Shown here: in pieces, positions 9,710-17,545 of the stretch
Layout: each line of letters begins with the position of its first letter
Numbering within the stretch: the stretch's first letter is position 1
From: Microgenomates group bacterium
GTDB lineage: Bacteria; Patescibacteriota; Microgenomatia; PFEM01; JBNASD01
Assembly (NCBI GenBank): GCA_049720225.1
Contig: JBNASD010000003.1
Location: 143-64,142, forward strand
Direction: 5' to 3'
DNA length: 64,000 bases
Made by a program: the position numbers and the translations under genes
Notes under the pieces: generated by a model
Told to the model about the DNA's origin: nothing
Database searches by the model: none
The model's input: only the letters and a program-made list of their open reading frames with translations

Positions 9710-10927
9710 ATGAAAGAAAAAAAGTTTCGCCTTTTTTTATTTTTGATCGCTTTTATTTTTATTATTAGTGGCGCTTTTTTGGCAAGTTTAATTGCCCGTG
9801 GATACCGCCCTGATTTTTCTAAAGGAGGAATTTTACCAACCGGGATTTTGGTGACTACTTCTACTCCCGATGGCGCTCAAGTTTATATTGACGGAAAATT
9901 AAAAACCGCCACCAATAATACGATTAATCTTTCTCCTGGAAAATACGAAGTAGAAATTCGCAAAGACGGTTTTTATCCTTGGAAAAAGACTTTAGAAATT
10001 AGAAAAGAGTTGGTCACTAAAACTGATGCCCTTCTTTTCCCTACTTTTCCTGATTTAAAAGCCTTGACCTTTACCGGCGCCCAAAATCCGCTTTTATCTC
10101 CTGATGGCACTAAAGTAGTTTATAGTGTCAGTACTTCCTCCGCTGTTCTTAGCAAGCAAGGACTTTGGGTGCTAGATTTAATCGACCGTCCTTTAGGTTT
10201 AAATCGAGAACCAAGACAAATTGCTGTTAGCAGTGGAAAATATGACTTTGCTAAATCACAATATCGCTGGTCTCCTGATTCAAAACAAATCTTGGTTAGT
10301 TTTGAATTTCCTCAAGGAAAAAAACTTCCTCCTAAAAAAGAAAACTTTCTTTTAGATTCGGAAAGATTAACTCCCCCTTCAGAGCTTCAAGATATTACCC
10401 CTACTTTAAATCTTCTTCTTGCCAGCTGGCAAATTGAGGAAAAAACAAAAAAGGACTCTCAATTAGCCAAATTACCACCAAAACTTAAAGAAATTATTAC
10501 CGATAAAACCAAAGAGATTATTTTTTCTCCTGATGAAAAAAAGATTTTGTATACCGCCACCGCTTCTGCTTCTTTACCTGAGGGAATTATCCCTCCTCCG
10601 CCAGCTCCCAGTACCCAAAAGGAGGAAAGAGAAATTAAGCCCGGAAGAATTTATGTTTATGATTTAAAAGAAGATAAAAATTTCTTTATTACCGAAGAAA
10701 CCTCACAAAAAACAGTTTCTTGGTTTCCCACATCAAAACATATCTTTATAGTTCAAAATGATAAAATAATAGTCAAGGAGTATGATGGAACTAACGAGAC
10801 GGTAATTTATAGTGGCTATTTTATTGATAGCTTTGCTTTTCCTTTTCCCTCAGGAAATAAAATTCTTCTTCTTACCAACATCAGTAAAGATACCCCTCCT
10901 AATCTTTATGCTTTAATTTTAAGATAA
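9710..10927 (+). CDS. membrane-anchored PEGA-domain protein with beta-propeller-like C-terminal region
   Basis: N-terminal TM; PEGA consensus TSTPDGAQVYIDGKLKTATNNTINLSPGKYEVEIRKDGFYPW. Confidence 0.55.
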   Translation: MKEKKFRLFLFLIAFIFIISGAFLASLIARGYRPDFSKGGILPTGILVTTSTPDGAQVYIDGKLKTATNNTINLSPGKYEVEIRKDGFYPWKKTLEIRKELVTKTDALLFPTFPDLKALTFTGAQNPLLSPDGTKVVYSVSTSSAVLSKQGLWVLDLIDRPLGLNREPRQIAVSSGKYDFAKSQYRWSPDSKQILVSFEFPQGKKLPPKKENFLLDSERLTPPSELQDITPTLNLLLASWQIEEKTKKDSQLAKLPPKLKEIITDKTKEIIFSPDEKKILYTATASASLPEGIIPPPPAPSTQKEEREIKPGRIYVYDLKEDKNFFITEETSQKTVSWFPTSKHIFIVQNDKIIVKEYDGTNETVIYSGYFIDSFAFPFPSGNKILLLTNISKDTPPNLYALILR

Positions 10928-10944
10928 ATTACTTTTCGAAGCGC

Positions 10945-11112
10945 TTATTTTACTGGTTCACCGCATTTTATACAACCAACAAATCCATCACCACTTGCAT
11001 CTTGGGGTTCTTCTTCCTTAGGATTTACTGGCTCTCGCGATCCAGAAACCCAACCGATTTCATGATCACATTTGCCGGCAGAAATTTCTGGTCGCCTTTC
11101 TGAAGAAGCCAT
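10945..11112 (-). CDS. small (55 aa) zinc-ribbon-like protein, absent from the ORF track (<60 aa)
   Basis: RBS GGAGGTGAGAAA then ATG; MASSERRPEISAGKCDHEIGWVSGSREPVNPKEEEPQDASGDGFVGCIKCGEPVK*; C-x-H ... C-x-x-C pattern; fills the gap before the tRNAs. Confidence 0.4.
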   Translation of the reverse strand: MASSERRPEISAGKCDHEIGWVSGSREPVNPKEEEPQDASGDGFVGCIKCGEPVK

Positions 11113-11207
11113 TTTCTCACCTCCTTTCTGGAGGGAGAAACCCTTCTTAGTTTAAAACCAAAAATTTTTTTCTGTCAAGAGGAAATATGGTAAAATAATT
11201 TATTCCC

Positions 11208-11282
11208 GTCCCCATAGCTTAACGGATAAAGCAAGGGTTTCCTAAACCCTTGATGGAGGTTCAATTCCTCCTGGGGACACCA
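11208..11282 (+). tRNA. tRNA-Arg (anticodon CCT), CCA encoded
   Basis: Hand-folded cloverleaf: acceptor GTCCCCA/TGGGGAC, D-stem GCTT/AAGC, anticodon stem AGGGT/ACCCT with loop TTCCTAA, T-arm GGAGG-TTCAATT-CCTCC, discriminator A + CCA. Confidence 0.75.
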
Positions 11283-11354
11283 CGGAGCGTAGTTCACCGG
11301 TAGAACGCTCGGTTCGGGACCGAGAGGCACTGGGTTCAACTCCCAGCGCTCCGA
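11283..11354 (+). tRNA. tRNA-Pro (anticodon CGG), directly abutting tRNA-Arg
   Basis: Acceptor CGGAGCG/CGCTCCG, D-arm GTTC-ACCGGTA-GAAC, anticodon stem CTCGG/CCGAG with loop TTCGGGA, T-arm CTGGG-TTCAACT-CCCAG, discriminator A. Confidence 0.7.
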
Positions 11355-11367
11355 CTAAAATTAATTT

Positions 11368-12417
11368 TTAAATTACTTTCCTTAATCTATAAAAATTTGT
11401 TTTTGTAAATAAGGGTAGATTATTTTCTTTTAATTTTTCCTCTGGTTTTAATCTTTCCTTTGGTATTAAATTTTGGAGGCTTCCTTTTCTTTTTGTTTTT
11501 ATAATTATTTCTTCCCTTATTAGATCAATAATCATAAAAACAAAATCTTTCTTTTTTTCATCATAACCAATTAAAAAAATATTATCTCCTTCTAAATCGC
11601 CAATATCAGGAACTCTTCTTCTAAGGCTTTCAATTAAATTTTTAACCGATTCTATTAAAGATTTTAAAAAAGCGCTATAATTACCGGCAAAGTATTTATT
11701 AGATAGTTCTAATAAAAAACCTTCGTAGGGAAATTCCTTTTTCTCTTTTTCTTTCTGGGTTGGTTTTTTTCCTTCCCTTGTTAAAAACTCAAATATTTCT
11801 GAAATAGTTGGTTTGTTGATTCTCTCCATAAATTGAAATTCTTGAATCTCGTCATCTTTCGGATTTCTTCTTACAATAAATCCATAAAATTCTGGCGTTA
11901 GAATACCATCCTCATTTAATCTTTTAAACAACCCCAAACAATCAATAAGGGACATTTTTTGGATTACTTTTTTTCCGCTTCTTCCTATTATTTGATCAGC
12001 AGTAACAAAATCCTCTTCTTTAGTGATTTTCTCCGCCATTTCTCTTAACCAAAACATGCTCCTCCTTGTCACTTTTATCGCTACTTCCCCAAGAGAAGTA
12101 TTAAATTGAAACAATTCAGAAAACCCTCCTTCTCCTATTTTTTTCATTTGATTTAATCTTTGTGGATTTCTCACTAATTCTTCTGCTGATTCTTTTAATT
12201 CTCTCCCCCTCTGAGTAAAAAAGCGATATTCATCATTTAAAGGATCAAAAATTAAAATACTTCCATCTTCATAAGAATAAACGTTTTCTCCCAATGAAGT
12301 TTCTTCTTGATGTGTTAAGGGAGAACCAAAAATATTTTCTTTACCTTTATTTTTATCTAAAAATTCGATAAGCGGGGGAATTTGGCTTTTTGTTTCTTCC
12401 TTTACTTCTTCTTTCAT
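11368..12417 (-). CDS. protein-kinase-like domain protein (ePK/RIO-like fold), hypothetical
   Basis: Gly-rich loop with VAIK lysine IGEGGFSELFQFNTSLGEVAIKV; catalytic-loop-like DIGDLEGDNIFLIG (D-x-x-x-x-N). Confidence 0.45.
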   Translation of the reverse strand: MKEEVKEETKSQIPPLIEFLDKNKGKENIFGSPLTHQEETSLGENVYSYEDGSILIFDPLNDEYRFFTQRGRELKESAEELVRNPQRLNQMKKIGEGGFSELFQFNTSLGEVAIKVTRRSMFWLREMAEKITKEEDFVTADQIIGRSGKKVIQKMSLIDCLGLFKRLNEDGILTPEFYGFIVRRNPKDDEIQEFQFMERINKPTISEIFEFLTREGKKPTQKEKEKKEFPYEGFLLELSNKYFAGNYSAFLKSLIESVKNLIESLRRRVPDIGDLEGDNIFLIGYDEKKKDFVFMIIDLIREEIIIKTKRKGSLQNLIPKERLKPEEKLKENNLPLFTKTNFYRLRKVI

Positions 12418-12457
12418 CTTTGAAATTATTTTTTATAAAAAAATTTTACCCCAATTT

Positions 12458-13864
12458 TTACTGGGCTTCCAAAAACGCTTTATAACCTTCAAAAGCACAA
12501 TAGATATCCCCCTTATGGGCGACTTCAAAAGGAGCGTGCATATTTAAAAGGGCTACCCCGGCATCAATTACCTCAATGTTATGCCGAGCAAAAAACATTC
12601 CCACTGTTCCTCCACCCCGCAAATCAACTTTACCAATTCCCGCCGCTGGTTGCCAAATTACTCCTGCCTGATTTAAAACCTTTCTTATCCAAGCGGTATA
12701 TTCGGCGGAAGCCTCGGAAACATAAGCTTTTCCTTTGCCACCAGTATGTTTTTCTACCACCAAACCCGCTCCTAAACGAGGTGCGGTTATCGGATCAGAA
12801 ACCTCTTTAAAATTAGGATCTAAAGCGGCGGTAACATCAGCAGAAATCGCTTTAGAAACTGCCAACATATCTCGTAAATCATTTTCGGTAGCTTTAGGAT
12901 TTTCTGCGGTCAACAATGAAGCTAAAAAGTCTTTTATAAAAGAAGAAGTCGCACCAGTTACTCCTTCGCTACCAATTTCCTCTCGGTCTAAAAGAATTAA
13001 AACGGTAGTATAAGAGGGATTATCAACCGCCAAAAACGCCTGCCAAGCGGTATAAGCACAAACCCGGTCGTCTTGACCATAGCCAACAACCAAACTTTTA
13101 TCCCACCCTCCGTCACGAGCTTCTCCTGCCGGTACAATTTCTAAATCCGCCGAAAATATATCTTCCTCTATCAAACCATAACAGTCATTTAAAATTTTAA
13201 GGATTTTTTGCTTCACTAAATCTTTTTCCTCTTTTTTACCCTTTTCTTTCTCCTCCCATGCGCCAACCAGCAAATTTAAGTTTTCTCCTTCAATTGCTTC
13301 CGCTAGTTTTTTCTCTAACTGTTTTTCTGCTAAATGAGGAAGAAGGTCAGTTAAAATAAACACGGGGTCTTGAGGTTTATCCCCCACCGCGATTTCTATC
13401 TTTTGGCCATTTTCTTTTGCTACCGTGCCATAAATTGCCAAAGGTAAAGCGGGCCATTGGTATGGCTTGATTCCTCCGTAATAATGAGTTTTAAAAAAAG
13501 CCAATTTTTCTTCTTCATACAAAGGAAGGGCTTTTAAATCCAACCTTGGAGAATCAATATGGGCAGTTAAAATCCTCACTCCTTCTTTTAAGCACTTTTT
13601 CCCTTTAATTGCTAAGATAATTGATTTATCTCTATTTATCAAAAAAATCTTTTTTCCAAATTTTTGGGGGCGAAAACTAATTTCTTGAAAACCAACTTTT
13701 TTAGCTTTTTCGGCTATCCAACGGACTACCAAACGTTCTGTTTTAGCGGCGGTTAAAAACTTTTTATACCCCTCGGCAAATTCAAAAGCCTGACGAATTT
13801 TTTTAGAACTCCAAGAAGAAAAACAATAATGACGGTGATAAACCATAGAATAAAATTTTATCAA
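12458..13864 (-). CDS. M18-family (aspartyl/DAP-type) aminopeptidase
   Basis: LTAHIDSPRLDLK (HxDSP motif), DREEIGSEGVTGA, NMHAPFEVAHKGDI; length 468 aa. Confidence 0.7.
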   Translation of the reverse strand: MIKFYSMVYHRHYCFSSWSSKKIRQAFEFAEGYKKFLTAAKTERLVVRWIAEKAKKVGFQEISFRPQKFGKKIFLINRDKSIILAIKGKKCLKEGVRILTAHIDSPRLDLKALPLYEEEKLAFFKTHYYGGIKPYQWPALPLAIYGTVAKENGQKIEIAVGDKPQDPVFILTDLLPHLAEKQLEKKLAEAIEGENLNLLVGAWEEKEKGKKEEKDLVKQKILKILNDCYGLIEEDIFSADLEIVPAGEARDGGWDKSLVVGYGQDDRVCAYTAWQAFLAVDNPSYTTVLILLDREEIGSEGVTGATSSFIKDFLASLLTAENPKATENDLRDMLAVSKAISADVTAALDPNFKEVSDPITAPRLGAGLVVEKHTGGKGKAYVSEASAEYTAWIRKVLNQAGVIWQPAAGIGKVDLRGGGTVGMFFARHNIEVIDAGVALLNMHAPFEVAHKGDIYCAFEGYKAFLEAQ

Positions 13865-13884
13865 AAGTCAATCAAAATTTACAA

Positions 13885-14481
13885 CTATTCCCCCACCATT
13901 AATAACTCTTCTACTCTTTTGTAGGAATGAATTTCTTTTTCTTTAAACCAAAGCTCTCGCTCAATTTTTGCTTCCTCTACCGTGCCGGAAGCATGAATCA
14001 AATTATGGACTGACCGGCGTTTTAGGTTGGAAAGTAAAGGAGAATCAAAACTATAATCACCTCTAATTGTTCCCGGGGGTGCTTGTTGAGGATAAGTAGG
14101 ACCAACAATTTTGCGTACTACCTCCACCGCTCCCGGTGCTTCTAAAAGCATAGCCACAACTGGCCCTTCGGTTAAATAATCAACATTCCAACGTTGAACC
14201 ATTTCTCCAATTTCCCGATTGCTCATTTTAAAAATTTCTTCGCCCGGATCAAATCCTTGCTGTTTATAAAACTCTTTTACTTTCTTTCCTACATTCTCAT
14301 ACCATTCATCATTGACTCCATAGTGTTTAAAAGCCATATCCTTATCAATCCAAACCATCTTTAAAGCCACAATTTTCAATCCTGCTTTTTCAAAACGAGA
14401 GATAATTTCTCCCACTAATCCCCTTTTCACTCCATCGGGTTTTACTAAAACTACGGTTTGTTCTAAAGGAATTTCGGCCAT
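13885..14481 (-). CDS. ndk: nucleoside diphosphate kinase (with internal insertion)
   Basis: EQTVVLVKPDGVKRGLVGEIISRFEKAGLKIVALKMV; active-site His context NLIHASGTVEEAKIERELWF. Confidence 0.85.
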   Translation of the reverse strand: MAEIPLEQTVVLVKPDGVKRGLVGEIISRFEKAGLKIVALKMVWIDKDMAFKHYGVNDEWYENVGKKVKEFYKQQGFDPGEEIFKMSNREIGEMVQRWNVDYLTEGPVVAMLLEAPGAVEVVRKIVGPTYPQQAPPGTIRGDYSFDSPLLSNLKRRSVHNLIHASGTVEEAKIERELWFKEKEIHSYKRVEELLMVGE

Positions 14482-14556
14482 TGATTAATTTTAAAACAAA
14501 GAATTCTTAAAAACAATACCCTTTTTTGTCTTCTTGATTTAAATCATTAAAACAAA

Positions 14557-14778
14557 TTATCCTCCACCACTTGCCCAAGGCTTATTGCAAAAATCCTGAT
14601 TTCTTCTTAAAGGACAACAATCGGAACCGAAAGGATAAAGGCAAGATTCTCTTCTTGTATCGCTAACCGCACAAATTCCTTGCGAAGGAATTTCTTTTTT
14701 TGGAACTGATAAAGGATTACCAAACTGAATTGTCTCGGGGGTAATCCTAAAAGGGCAATAATTTTCCGGCCAATTCAT
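14557..14778 (-). CDS. small Cys-rich hypothetical protein (7 Cys in 73 aa)
   Basis: ORF only; no recognisable family. Confidence 0.3.
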   Translation of the reverse strand: MNWPENYCPFRITPETIQFGNPLSVPKKEIPSQGICAVSDTRRESCLYPFGSDCCPLRRNQDFCNKPWASGGG

Positions 14779-14888
14779 TTACATTTAAGTATATCATTTT
14801 TTTTAAAAAATTTTTAATCGACACAAAAGTTAATCTTTATTAATTTGAAATATTAATTTTTCAACAAATTATGATATAATATAACAAA

Positions 14889-15848
14889 ATGTATAATCCA
14901 TCTCCGGAAACAAAAGCAATAATACCCACTTCTAACTCATCTGAAGAAGGAAGAATAAAATTAATCAGAGATATCTCAAATATATTAACGCCCGAAAATT
15001 TTTTAACGTTATGGGGTGCTTTAAGTGAATTATTTCCCGATTCTCTTAATCCTTCGGATAAAAAATCAAAAAAACCTATGATGAGGATGAACTTTCCTCA
15101 GAAAGTAATTGAATTATATCTTGTTGGTATTGACAATATAATAACCACAACAAACTCCAAAAAAGATCCAGAAACATGGATTAAAAAAGTAGTAAGAATA
15201 ACCTGTCTGCCTGATCCTCAACAACCAATTCCTCATTTTGAAATGCCTCCCGTACCAATAATAAGCCCAATAATAGACGAAGAAGATTCTTGGAAAAAAA
15301 TAATAGAAGCTTTATTAATTTCTTATATTGAAACCCTTCAGGAATTACAAATGCCATTAGAAATAGAAGTGGACCAAGTAAGTATTAATGGTTTAAAGTC
15401 TTCAGCAACTTTAGCAGTTCCCTGGCCAACACTGAAAAATGTAATAAATTCTTCACCACATTCACCTAATTCAAAACGGTGTTTTTTTCCCTATTCCATC
15501 AATTCTCCAAATACAGAATTACTTTTTCCGTGCACTATAAGCGAAAAAAATGAAAACCAACAATCTTCTCCTCAAAACTTAGGTGAATTTACTCAATTTG
15601 TAGAAATGTTATTAAGAAAAAGATTTACAGCTGACCTTAATAGGGTTTTTAATGAAATAAAAAAGATTGTTGGAGAATATTTAAGAATCGCCAATTTACC
15701 AAAAGATCAATTACCTCAATTTACTTCAGAATTATATTTAACTTATTTAAGATGGATATATCAATTGATGAGGGTTTATTTAGATGAAGTAATTTCTCCT
15801 CTTAATGATTTTTTAAAAAAAGAAAATCCTGTTAAAATTTTATGGTAA
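14889..15848 (+). CDS. hypothetical protein
   Basis: 319 aa ORF in intergenic gap, no recognisable motifs. Confidence 0.4.
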   Translation: MYNPSPETKAIIPTSNSSEEGRIKLIRDISNILTPENFLTLWGALSELFPDSLNPSDKKSKKPMMRMNFPQKVIELYLVGIDNIITTTNSKKDPETWIKKVVRITCLPDPQQPIPHFEMPPVPIISPIIDEEDSWKKIIEALLISYIETLQELQMPLEIEVDQVSINGLKSSATLAVPWPTLKNVINSSPHSPNSKRCFFPYSINSPNTELLFPCTISEKNENQQSSPQNLGEFTQFVEMLLRKRFTADLNRVFNEIKKIVGEYLRIANLPKDQLPQFTSELYLTYLRWIYQLMRVYLDEVISPLNDFLKKENPVKILW

Positions 15849-17090
15849 AATCACCGTTAAATTTATTTTTTCCCTTTTAAATAACTGACGGGTGGTTTTT
15901 AAAACTTCCTCCTTCCCTACTTTATCAATCTCTTCTAGCGCTTGGGCAAGAGTCCGAATTTTTCCCTCCAAAATTAATTGACCAGCATAGCGGTCTGCCA
16001 TCGCCTGAGAATCTTCCAACCTTAAAATTAAATGCCCTTTAAGCATTTCTTTTGCCTTGGTCAATTCCTTATCTTCCACTTTTTTGGTCGCTAATTTTTC
16101 CATTTCTTCTTTCACTAATTTAATAGCTTGGTTAACCTTATCAAGACAAACACCTGCCCGACAAACTAAATAACCGGAATCAGTATTTGGTTCATATTCA
16201 GTAGTAATATAATAAGCTAGCCCTCGCTTTTCCCGAATTTCCAAAAATAACCGCGAACTCATTCCTCCGCCTAAAATTGCCGACAAAACCGCGGTTGACC
16301 AACGAAACTGGTCTTTTAAAGAAGGTGCCGGTACTCCTAAACAAAAATGGGCTTGCTCAGTTTTTTTGCGAATAATTTTTTGCTTTGCTTTTTTTTGATT
16401 AAGAAAGGCGTAATTGATATTTTTTGATATTTTTTTACCTACTTTTGGAAGCTGACCAAAATAATCCTCAATTAACTTAATTAATTTATTTGTCTTTTTT
16501 AACTCTTCTTTTTGGCCAGCAATTACTAAAACCATATTTTGAGCAAAATAAAGCTGACGCAAATAAGTTAAAAAGTCATCTCTTTTAAGAGCAACTACCG
16601 TTTCTTTTTCTCCAGCAATATCCCAACCCATGGAATTATCACCATAAAAAAGCCGTTCAAACTCCACCGCTACCTTAGTCATTGGCACATCTTCCCGCAT
16701 ATTAATTTCTTCAATAATTACCCCTTTCTCCCGCTCAATTTCTTCCTCTTTAAATAAAGAATTGGTAAGCATATCAGAAAGAATATCCAAAGCCAGTGGT
16801 AAATATTTTGCCGGTAATTTCACCCAATAGCCAGTAAATTCTTTATCGGTATAAGCATTAAAAATCCCCCCTACTCCCTCAATTTCACTGGCAATCTCTT
16901 TGGTAGTTGGCCGTTTTTTTGTGCCTTTAAAAGCCATATGCTCCAAAAAATGGGAAATGCCATTAATTTGCCGAGTTTCATAACGACTTCCCGCCCCCAC
17001 GCCAACCATCACTGTTACCGATTCCACCGAAGACATCGGGACTAAAACTACCCGCAAACCATTTTTAAGAGTAAATAAAGAATAATCCAT
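15840..17090 (-). CDS. M16-family zinc peptidase (insulinase-like)
   Basis: Inverted zinc motif HFLEHMAFKGT (HxxEH) near N-terminus; 416 aa. Confidence 0.85.
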   Translation of the reverse strand: MDYSLFTLKNGLRVVLVPMSSVESVTVMVGVGAGSRYETRQINGISHFLEHMAFKGTKKRPTTKEIASEIEGVGGIFNAYTDKEFTGYWVKLPAKYLPLALDILSDMLTNSLFKEEEIEREKGVIIEEINMREDVPMTKVAVEFERLFYGDNSMGWDIAGEKETVVALKRDDFLTYLRQLYFAQNMVLVIAGQKEELKKTNKLIKLIEDYFGQLPKVGKKISKNINYAFLNQKKAKQKIIRKKTEQAHFCLGVPAPSLKDQFRWSTAVLSAILGGGMSSRLFLEIREKRGLAYYITTEYEPNTDSGYLVCRAGVCLDKVNQAIKLVKEEMEKLATKKVEDKELTKAKEMLKGHLILRLEDSQAMADRYAGQLILEGKIRTLAQALEEIDKVGKEEVLKTTRQLFKREKINLTVILP

Positions 17091-17092
17091 CT

Positions 17093-17545
17093 TAAATCCT
17101 AAATTCTAATATCTAAATTCTAAACAAATTCAAAATCCAAAATAATTAAAAACTACTTTGTTTTTTCTAAAATTGAACCAAAAATTTTCATTAGTTGTGT
17201 TGTCTCTTCAATTAATTCAATTTTCTCTTTTTTTGTTCTAAAATCTGAATTGAGTAATTTTAACCAAAGTCGAGTTTCTTTTGCTTCCTTCCAATATCAT
17301 TAAAAAATCTTTTTTGCTCAAAGCCTCGTTAGCCTCAATATAATTAGCAGTAACCGAACCAGAAGAATTAATCAATTGTCTTCCATCTTCAACATTGTTC
17401 GCAGTTTTAGGTAATCTTGCTACAAATTCCCGACATTTTTTGGCGAAAATAAAAGTTCTTTCTTCTAAATCATATTTTTGAATTTTGGTCATTTGAATTT
17501 AAATATTACTTAGAAATTAGGATTTAGGATTTTGGGTTTTTACAT
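17093..17545 (-). mobile_element. small inverted-repeat-flanked cassette carrying a four-helix-bundle (23S rRNA IVS-type) protein gene
   Basis: Left arm 17093-17147 (AAATCCTAAATTCTAATATCTAAATTCTAAA...AAAATCCAAAAT) is the imperfect reverse complement of right arm 17508-17539 (TTAGAAATTAGGATTTAGGATTTTGGGTTTTT); lies in the argS-M16 intergenic gap; a 24-nt identical stretch recurs at 27576-27599. Confidence 0.45.
17153..17492 (-). pseudogene. four-helix bundle protein (TIGR02436 / 23S rRNA intervening-sequence protein family) with +1 frameshift
   Basis: Frame A MTKIQKYDLEERTFIFAKK...SVTANYIEANEALSKKDFLMIL then ends; the family-typical C-terminus KEAKETRLWLKLLNSDFRTKKEKIELIEETTQLMKIFGSILEKTK* is in the +1 frame; one extra G in ATATTGGAAGGAAGC explains it. 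Confidence 0.6.
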
